Below, piece after piece: positions 57,586 to 64,000 of a stretch of DNA of 64,000 bases. Position 1 is the first letter of the stretch; every line of letters begins with the position of its first letter. Source of the DNA: a virus (lineage: Duplodnaviria > Caudoviricetes). The position numbers were made by a program, and so were the translations under genes. The notes under the pieces are model-generated. The model was not told the origin of the DNA. It ran no database searches and saw only the letters and a program-made list of their open reading frames with translations. The stretch is from the IMG/VR virus record IMGVR_UViG_3300037067_026010, positions 146,570-210,569 of that record. One strand, given 5' to 3'.

Positions 57586-58765
57586 GTCAATTCTGGACCA
57601 TACGCAGGATCTAGCAGGTACGGAGCTACACCGTCTTACCAATGTGTATCCGCCACCAGCCTTCGTCAAGAGCGCTTCTGCAGAACAATTATATGGCCCG
57701 CAAAACGGGGAACTCCCCAACCATGTTTTTGCCGAGCCGTGCCAACGGAACTACCCGTGCCACTCCAAAGCGGCAACTTGGCTGTCTTGTTTATTTTTTC
57801 TCGATAAACAGGCAAGCTTGTCCGCCGAGCAAGCAGCAACGATTCGCACACGCATCTGGAAACAAGGCGAATTTTTCGGTATTACCGGAGAGCTGGAACA
57901 ACTCCGCCAAAAAATGGCGGCGGACGCCGACAACGACCTCGCGCGGCTTCCGGATGAACAGTTTGCCATGGTTTGGAATTCTGCAACCGGAAAGGAACGG
58001 CACTATCCGTTACGCAATCCGGAAGAAATCAAAATGGCCGCCGACTGGTTTGTCCAGTATCGGCAGCACTTTGCTTTTCCCGATCGCCATGTCATGGCCC
58101 GCAAAATCCTAAATCGCGCCACCGATCTTGCCGTACCCCTCGAGCACGACGAACTGCTACAGAAGACCGCGGGCTACGGTTACTGCGCCGGCAAAACCGC
58201 CGCAGAGCTGCTCGAAAAACGTGCTGGCATGGTAGCCAAATCCGATCCGACTGCGGCCGCCGCCTTGCGCGACGTGGCCAGTGCGGCCCGTACAACCGCC
58301 ATGGGTATGCACGACACGGATTTGCGCATTAAACTGGCGGCGCTGGTCGATCAGTTCGACCGGTGCATGCATCTGGATCGGTTTTACGGCGACGGCGGAC
58401 TGGAGTACCCCGAGGAAGGACTGTTCCAAATTACCGAGAAAGTTGCCAAAGCTTTCCTCGCGCAACACGTGTCGCTTACCGACGGTGCCGTCTACGAAAA
58501 GGAAGCACTGGCCTCGCTGTCCCTGGATCATATCCGGAGCTGGCTTGGCGACGAGTTTGCACAAGCCGTTACCGGTGCCGATATGTTCGTCGACATGGAG
58601 AAGCTTGCGGCTCTGGCCTCCTCGCTGCCCCGTACCGACGCCGTACAGTTCAACCGCATGGCAGACGCGGCAGGTATTACCATTGCCGCCCGAGATAATG
58701 CCCCGAGCGTCAGACTCACTGTTGCGGATCTGACCGAGTTGGCTGCAACCTATCAACCGCAATAG
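57584..58765 (+). CDS. hypothetical protein (possibly virion-associated)
   Basis: AGGGAGG upstream of ATG 57584 (MSILDH); internal repeat LP..vFA...RNYPCH / LP..qFA...RHYPLR. Confidence 0.75.
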   Translation: MSILDHTQDLAGTELHRLTNVYPPPAFVKSASAEQLYGPQNGELPNHVFAEPCQRNYPCHSKAATWLSCLFFLDKQASLSAEQAATIRTRIWKQGEFFGITGELEQLRQKMAADADNDLARLPDEQFAMVWNSATGKERHYPLRNPEEIKMAADWFVQYRQHFAFPDRHVMARKILNRATDLAVPLEHDELLQKTAGYGYCAGKTAAELLEKRAGMVAKSDPTAAAALRDVASAARTTAMGMHDTDLRIKLAALVDQFDRCMHLDRFYGDGGLEYPEEGLFQITEKVAKAFLAQHVSLTDGAVYEKEALASLSLDHIRSWLGDEFAQAVTGADMFVDMEKLAALASSLPRTDAVQFNRMADAAGITIAARDNAPSVRLTVADLTELAATYQPQ

Positions 58766-58943
58766 TTTGCAATTTTTCTTGCGCCGTAGGTAGTTCGTCT
58801 CGGAGCACGCGAACGCATTTAGGGGCATCTATCGCAAGCCTGACGGCTTGCCCGCGTAGTTCGTGTACGCTTATACGAATTACCATGCCTGTTTCATCGT
58901 AAAGAACAAGGCCCTCTTGCACGCGACGGGATAATACTAACAT
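58716..58943 (-). CDS. csrA: carbon storage regulator CsrA-like RNA-binding protein
   Basis: MLVLSRR...IRISV...VRLAIDAPKCVRVLRDEL. Confidence 0.88.
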   Translation of the reverse strand: MLVLSRRVQEGLVLYDETGMVIRISVHELRGQAVRLAIDAPKCVRVLRDELPTAQEKLQTIAVDRLQPTRSDPQQ

Positions 58944-59761
58944 TCTTTGTCTTCCTGGAGGGTTAGATTGATGACGCGTGTTCGCAAGTCCCGCGCGATA
59001 TCGGGCACTGCGTCGGCTGCTGCGTGCGGCGTCCGGATCTCGTAGCGGGCTACGAGCCGTATCAACCACGAAATTATGGTTGTAACTTCTGCGGTAGCGC
59101 ACTGCTCACTTGCAACAACCTGTCCGTCCTGCAGCAGCCGTCCCGTGTAGTACAACGGGCGGTCAGCAGCGGGCCTTACCGACGTAAACATGCTGGTCCT
59201 CGCAATAAGTATGACCACCAGGACACTTTGCGTCAGCTGCAAGTTTAACTGCCTGTCCGTGCAGTCGAGACCGCCTGCTGAAGCATTGCTGGGATGTGGG
59301 TCGGGATCCGGAAAAATACGCGGCACCTCGGTTTCTCCGGCGGCAGGAGGCACCAGTGCTGGCAAGTGTACGCCTGCGTGATGCAAAGCACCCAATGCCA
59401 GTATGATCGGCTGCAGCATGCGAGCGGCCATCTGGGAGAGCCTCGCCTCCTCGTGCTGGTTGATGCCGTCCCGCCGTTGTATAGCACAACGTTCTTGGTC
59501 TAAGTGGGCAAGTACGCCATCTCGTGACCATCTGACTCCTGGCGTTAAATCGTTCCAATCGCAAGTGGGCCTCTCCGTAGATAGAAACCGATCAATTTGA
59601 TGATCCGTATACCCTGCCTGCTCCAGTTGCCACCGGAGGCCCCGCAGTGCCAACACGGAAATACTTTGCGGTTTCGGGATGTCGGCTGGCCATGGCTCGG
59701 CAAGGCATGACTTGAGCCACCGGCGGCGCTCTGCTTCTGCGTGCGATACTCTTTTTGTCAT
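58937..59761 (-). CDS. hypothetical protein
   Basis: 274-aa ORF coupled to its neighbours. Confidence 0.7.
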   Translation of the reverse strand: MTKRVSHAEAERRRWLKSCLAEPWPADIPKPQSISVLALRGLRWQLEQAGYTDHQIDRFLSTERPTCDWNDLTPGVRWSRDGVLAHLDQERCAIQRRDGINQHEEARLSQMAARMLQPIILALGALHHAGVHLPALVPPAAGETEVPRIFPDPDPHPSNASAGGLDCTDRQLNLQLTQSVLVVILIARTSMFTSVRPAADRPLYYTGRLLQDGQVVASEQCATAEVTTIISWLIRLVARYEIRTPHAAADAVPDIARDLRTRVINLTLQEDKEC

Positions 59762-60375
59762 TATTCCGCCTTTCCGATCGAAATAGCCCGTAACTGCTTG
59801 CCGTAATAGGTATCAGGCGGCTCCAGCTGCTCCGCCAAGAACGGCCGAAGTGTCTTCGACTGTTCGGCAGCTGCCGGATCACGCCACGGTGTATAACCAT
59901 CTAAGGTATTGCGCCTGTCCAGTACGTATTGCTGGAGATACTGGAACACGTCGGGCGGAAAAGTAAAACCGCGCCGTATCGCCTCTTGGAGTAAGGCGCG
60001 AAACAACGGTTGATCCCGCAACCATAGGCATCCCGCCAGTGCCGCGCAAAACTCGCTGGCTGCCCCGGAGGCTTCCCACAGCGCCGCGCTATTACGGACT
60101 GCCCAGTTTATTGTTTCCCAAAGCAAGCCGTCTTCGAGCTCGTCGATCGGCCAGGACAGGATATTGCCGTTACGGCCCGGCGTCCTCCAGCATGTTGCAT
60201 CCTGCCATTGTACACGGAACGGGGTTTGCGCTTGCGAGCGTGTCCGGGCCGCCGCCTGTTGCCGCTCCGTTATCAGTCCGCCGTAGGCCGCCCGGCGGCG
60301 TATGAATTCCGCCGTGTGGTTGTCCTGGGTCATCACAGCCCTCCATCCGAATTGCTCTAGGTTGTTTTGCGCCAA
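59761..60375 (-). CDS. hypothetical protein
   Basis: ORF in the run; likely start MTQDN after GGAGG. Confidence 0.7.
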   Translation of the reverse strand: MAQNNLEQFGWRAVMTQDNHTAEFIRRRAAYGGLITERQQAAARTRSQAQTPFRVQWQDATCWRTPGRNGNILSWPIDELEDGLLWETINWAVRNSAALWEASGAASEFCAALAGCLWLRDQPLFRALLQEAIRRGFTFPPDVFQYLQQYVLDRRNTLDGYTPWRDPAAAEQSKTLRPFLAEQLEPPDTYYGKQLRAISIGKAE

Positions 60376-61168
60376 CGCCGTATTTTGTCATATCGTATGT
60401 TATAGCAGATTGTGCAACCAGGTCGGCATGGCGCTGTTGTGCCTCCCGTAGCGCCACGTGCAGCGCTTCCTCGCGTTGCTGAAGGTCGGCATGGCGCTGT
60501 TGTGCCTCCCGTAGCGCCACGTGCAGCGCTTCCTCGCGTTGCTGATTGGCGTTTATAAGTTCCCGCATGCGGACGGTGTAGTCCGCCTGCAGCCTGTTCA
60601 GGCACACCGCCTCTGCCTGTGCTGCTTCGACGTGCAGCTGCGACCGTATGGCGGTAACAAGCGGCTGAATCGCCGAATCCAAAACGCTCCGGTCAGCCAA
60701 GCGGTAGCGGCTTAGTAATTTTAACGCTTTAGCTACAACCTTGCTCGCCTCCTTCCGCTCTTGCTGCTCTTGCAGATAATGCGCTAATGTTTGCAGCCGC
60801 GCACCGTCGGTATCTACCGGAGAACGTCTCCGATTTGCCGGCAACCAACAGTCTCGGAAAATGTAAGATTTGCCTTGCCACGACAGTATCCAGACGCCTC
60901 TGCGCAGACTAATGGACATTCGCGGACCAAATTCCCCCATGCGCCTAAGCGTCGTCTGCGTCTGCCAAGTCCCAGCCTGCAGGCGTACGGCCCCGTTTGG
61001 CGTATAGGTGATGATGTCCGTTGCGTAAAGCCGTACGACAAGTACGGGGACGTTAGGGGCGAGATTCGCCCGCAGCAGTTTAGTATTCGGCGCAAGCCGG
61101 CGGTGGCTTTCAGGATGTCGACCACGTTTTAGCCAGTCCTGTGCCTCTTCGTAACTATGAATTCCCAT
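60170..61168 (-). CDS. hypothetical protein with duplicated coiled-coil segment
   Basis: 332-aa ORF. Confidence 0.7.
   Translation of the reverse strand: MGIHSYEEAQDWLKRGRHPESHRRLAPNTKLLRANLAPNVPVLVVRLYATDIITYTPNGAVRLQAGTWQTQTTLRRMGEFGPRMSISLRRGVWILSWQGKSYIFRDCWLPANRRRSPVDTDGARLQTLAHYLQEQQERKEASKVVAKALKLLSRYRLADRSVLDSAIQPLVTAIRSQLHVEAAQAEAVCLNRLQADYTVRMRELINANQQREEALHVALREAQQRHADLQQREEALHVALREAQQRHADLVAQSAITYDMTKYGVGAKQPRAIRMEGCDDPGQPHGGIHTPPGGLRRTDNGAATGGGPDTLASANPVPCTMAGCNMLEDAGP
60420..60545. repeat. perfect 63-bp tandem duplication (21 aa QQREEALHVALREAQQRHADL)
   Basis: 60420-60482 identical to 60483-60545. Confidence 0.95.
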
Positions 61169-61231
61169 GAGTTTGCTTGGTTGTACACAGCCACCGTCCG
61201 GCAGCGCTGGCCGCCGGACGGCGCGAAGCGG

Positions 61232-62203
61232 TTAAATGTTCAAATAACGCAGTTGCCTGCCGTAACGTTCCACGAACTCTTGTCGCTGTGTTTCATCAGA
61301 GGCTTCGGCAATAACGCTGTCAAGCAAGGCCGTAAAGCCGTTCCTGGCTGCCGTGATACTGTCGAGGTCTTTGGCAACGGTAATATTCATACGCCCCTCC
61401 AGTTCCGTAATGGTCTGCATAAGCGTCTCGTTTGGCACGAGCATGAAATCACGCACTTTCGCCAGCGCCTCACGCACCGGCCCAAAGCTGCGCGTCGTAA
61501 CTCGCCCATCACGGTCGATAAGCTCCCGCAAGCTCGACAGCTTGCCGACAAGCTGGTCCAATGGATCTTCCACTAAGGCGCGTACGGCGTCGCCCACAGC
61601 GCGGGCCACCGAGGTGCGGACAAGCTCCTGGTTGGCCTCGAGATCCTGCAAAGACACAGCGGACGGCTCTCCGGCCGCGTGCGCCAGCTGGATAGGTATG
61701 ACATCCAGATAGAACTTGGCTCGCATTTCGATCTGGTCTTTTGGCACCTTCTTGACGATATGTTTCCAGATGGCAGGGTCGGCGCTTTCGCGGATTTGTC
61801 GGATAACGTCCTCGAAATCGCGTATAAAGGCGGCGACCGTCGCAGTTTGGTCGCGGCGAATGTCGTCAATAGCCGACAGGAAGGCGATGCCTACGCGCTC
61901 CGGCACCAGCCGCACCCCGATAATCGGGAAAGGCACGCTGTACCGATCCAAGACCGCGCTCAGGCGCGACTCCAGCCGATCGAAGCGTTTCTTCCACGCC
62001 GCTCCGGTCCCATCGACCGGGCAGGTATCTGACATGAGCTTCGTACACGGCGTTGTTATTTTTTTAGTATCGACGGTGTTGCCGGCGAGTTCTACCGTAA
62101 CCAGTTCCTTGGGGAGCTGGTAGCGTCCTTTCCAGGAGCCGATCGACGGCGCCATCAGCAGGACTTTATCTGCGACCTGCCGGGTAGCGGGTTCAGTAGC
62201 CAT
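61232..62203 (-). CDS. DUF3150-like protein
   Basis: SIGSWKGR...FDRLESR...YSVPF..GVRLVP pattern; lies in the Ycf46-type cluster. Confidence 0.6.
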   Translation of the reverse strand: MATEPATRQVADKVLLMAPSIGSWKGRYQLPKELVTVELAGNTVDTKKITTPCTKLMSDTCPVDGTGAAWKKRFDRLESRLSAVLDRYSVPFPIIGVRLVPERVGIAFLSAIDDIRRDQTATVAAFIRDFEDVIRQIRESADPAIWKHIVKKVPKDQIEMRAKFYLDVIPIQLAHAAGEPSAVSLQDLEANQELVRTSVARAVGDAVRALVEDPLDQLVGKLSSLRELIDRDGRVTTRSFGPVREALAKVRDFMLVPNETLMQTITELEGRMNITVAKDLDSITAARNGFTALLDSVIAEASDETQRQEFVERYGRQLRYLNI

Positions 62204-62271
62204 TCTTTTTCCTCTAACAAAACGGCCACCGAGCCCGGCCCGGCGGCCTAGGTTGGTGAAAACACAAAAAG

Positions 62272-62287
62272 CGGTAATTAAGCACCG
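62272..62287. promoter_or_regulatory. 16-bp dyad motif, copy 7
   Basis: CGGTAATTAAGCACCG, intergenic, upstream of the DUF3150-like gene. Confidence 0.6.
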
Positions 62288-62290
62288 CGG

Positions 62291-62632
62291 TTACGCAGCC
62301 GGCGTTGGAATATGTCGCTCCAGCAGCCATATTTTCTCGTCTTCCAGCGCCTCCTCCCGATTGGCGTAGGGTCCGAGGACGTCGCCGCCCGACGGTGTCA
62401 TGTCAGCCCACCAGGACATCGGATAATGGCCTCGCAGATCGACCGACGGATCCAGATGTAGCCGCATCCGTATATTTTGCCTGGCGGCGCCGCTTAGCTC
62501 CTCGACGGGTTCCACATGCGAGGCCCTGCGCGTCTCTACTTCGCCCAGGCGCCGTGACAGTTTTGCCGTAAACGGGCTATACATCGCGCGTGCTGCGCCG
62601 CCAGGACTTATAATGACAGTCTCTTTAGACAT
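62291..62632 (-). CDS. hypothetical protein of the Ycf46 cluster
   Basis: IISPGG...RRASHVEP...WWADMTP.GG.VLGPY..REEALEDE. Confidence 0.7.
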   Translation of the reverse strand: MSKETVIISPGGAARAMYSPFTAKLSRRLGEVETRRASHVEPVEELSGAARQNIRMRLHLDPSVDLRGHYPMSWWADMTPSGGDVLGPYANREEALEDEKIWLLERHIPTPAA

Positions 62633-62634
62633 AA

Positions 62635-62850
62635 TTACTCGCCCTCTCGGCGAATGCGTTCGACGCCCTGCTCGACGGCAAACATTTCCTGTGTGGCGTT
62701 ATCCGCCGTGACGCGGCCCATGGCTTCCAGGAATTTTGTAGCGGCCTGGCAAGTTTGGCCCACGAATCCGGCAGTTTCGAAAGACACTTGGCGCGTGCCC
62801 TGCGAAATTCCTATCTTGGGAATGATGGCGGTAATGGTCTTTTTAGCCAA
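62635..62850 (-). CDS. DUF2997-like small protein
   Basis: ETAGFVGQTCQAATKFLEAMG. Confidence 0.7.
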   Translation of the reverse strand: MAKKTITAIIPKIGISQGTRQVSFETAGFVGQTCQAATKFLEAMGRVTADNATQEMFAVEQGVERIRREGE

Positions 62851-62888
62851 CGGTAAACTCCGAAACGCGTTATGGTGATTTTAGGAAT

Positions 62889-62921
62889 AAAAAAAGGCTG
62901 CCCGATGTTGCGGGCAGCCTT
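62889..62921 (-). terminator. intrinsic terminator
   Basis: AAGGCTGCCCG-N6-CGGGCAGCCTT plus T-run on the minus strand. Confidence 0.75.
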
Positions 62922-62932
62922 CGACGCACTAC

Positions 62933-63307
62933 TTAGTAGCTGGCAAAAACCAGTTGGCGATCGCCGTTTTCCAAAGTCTCCTCGGACTCGACGCAGTAGC
63001 CCTGCGCGAGGGCTTGGCGCGTGGTTTCTTCCACGGCGTACTCCTGGACCAGGTCGTCCAGCATTTCCTGCTTTCCCCAACTGCCGCCGTAATTGTCGTA
63101 GGCCGCTTCTCCCGTGGTCGTATTGATGACAACCGGATACTGCCAACCTTGCAGCTTTACGCCGATGCCTTCAGCGGTTTGCCCACCGAACAGCTTATGT
63201 TTTTGCCCTTCGCGTACGCCCACGCGCTCCAAGCCCAGCTTATCGATCGCAGCGTTAAGGGCGTCGATATCGGTCATGCGAATGGAGACCTTAATAATGT
63301 GCGACAA
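62933..63307 (-). CDS. DUF1257/Ycf35-like protein
   Basis: MSHII...DIDALNAAIDKLG, GWQYPVV, YDNYGGSWG, LVQEYA. Confidence 0.75.
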   Translation of the reverse strand: MSHIIKVSIRMTDIDALNAAIDKLGLERVGVREGQKHKLFGGQTAEGIGVKLQGWQYPVVINTTTGEAAYDNYGGSWGKQEMLDDLVQEYAVEETTRQALAQGYCVESEETLENGDRQLVFASY

Positions 63308-63424
63308 AGTTTCTTATCCTTTCGTTTTAAATATTTTATGATCGTTCCTGAAGTACGATGTTTTGGGTTTACGCCCCACCGCAGAGCCCGGTGAGAAACC
63401 GCGTCAGGACACTCGACCCTGAGA

Positions 63425-64000
63425 TCAGTTCAAGGCCGCTTCCTTCTCGCCGCCGTCGGTCTGAATAGCCCGTGTTCGGGTCTTCCTGCTACGCTGCGGA
63501 GGCCGGCTTACCGGACGCGCGCGATTTTCACAGAACTCTCGAATGCTGTCGATACCCTCCTTGTCGATACGGCTGAGCGGCGTAATGGCCCCGGCTGCTG
63601 CGAGCAGTTCGCCGACGGTCGGAATGCCGCTTTGCCTATCCTGGAAAGCCGCATATCGCGCCTCGCGTACGATCTGTTCCAACTCCGCGCCGACATAGTC
63701 CTGCGTCTTCTCGATCAACTGGTCCCAATCGTCTTGCGTCAACGGCAGCCGATCGTCGGATACGCCGCGTTTACGCAGGTGGATTGCCAGGATCTGGCGC
63801 CGTTCCACTTCGTTGGGCAAATCCGTATAGAAGATATCATCGAAACGGCCGGCGCGCAAGAACTCGGGCGGGATACCCTGCGTACGATTCAGCGTCATAA
63901 TGACAAACGTACGATCGTTCTTTTCCGCCAGCCAAGTCAGCAATTGCCCGAAAACCCGGCGGGTGACGCCGGAGTCACCGGTACTGCCTGCGGCGCCGCC
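63425..64000 (-). CDS. Ycf46-like AAA+ ATPase (5'-truncated by the window edge)
   Basis: GDSGVTRRVFGQLLTWLAEK, FVIMTLN, IPPEFLRAGRFDDIFYTDLP, YVGAELEQ. Confidence 0.85.
   Translation of the reverse strand, partial: GGAAGSTGDSGVTRRVFGQLLTWLAEKNDRTFVIMTLNRTQGIPPEFLRAGRFDDIFYTDLPNEVERRQILAIHLRKRGVSDDRLPLTQDDWDQLIEKTQDYVGAELEQIVREARYAAFQDRQSGIPTVGELLAAAGAITPLSRIDKEGIDSIREFCENRARPVSRPPQRSRKTRTRAIQTDGGEKEAALN

Noticed and set aside
62225-62258. Short 5-nt-period RCC/GGY pattern as a guide array
   Set aside because: Only about three units; better explained as a GC-rich hairpin.
1-64000. tRNA/rRNA genes or an alternative genetic code
   Set aside because: No cloverleaf or rRNA signatures were recognised; genes are full length in the standard code and use all three stops.

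Overview
Gene-dense, GC-rich segment of a large dsDNA (jumbo-type) phage genome. It contains no rRNA, tRNA or CRISPR array that I can see. Almost all genes lie on the minus strand; only the terminase, an endonuclease nested within it and one 393-aa ORF are on the plus strand. 1-34 kb is a replication/recombination region: RuvC-like resolvase, DEDDh exonuclease, BCS1-like AAA ATPase, GT-A glycosyltransferase, RecA/UvsX-like recombinase, a frameshifted gp32-like SSB, a UDG-fused family A DNA polymerase with an intein, primase, DnaB-like helicase, SF2 helicase, SbcC/SbcD and HldE. 34-50 kb holds mostly small hypothetical genes around an ~800-bp palindrome-rich non-coding region (candidate origin). 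50-64 kb has a lambda gpA-like terminase with two inteins, a degenerate primase-like protein, CsrA and a Ycf46/DUF1257/DUF2997/DUF3150-type cluster; these hint at a Planctomycetota host (inference only). Four observations stand out. (1) The second terminase intein carries its LAGLIDADG endonuclease as a separate ORF in the +1 frame with its own Shine-Dalgarno site. (2) An IS110/Nop-domain-like gene, a minimal Cas7/Csm3-like RAMP gene and an SF2 helicase sit adjacent in the replication operon. (3) A short [RK]xxRxIx[LIM] motif is shared by about 12 unrelated proteins, mostly at their termini. (4) A 16-bp dyad CGGT-NN-TTAA-NN-ACCG occurs 7 times, mostly at gene boundaries. All family assignments come from motif recognition by eye, not from database searches.
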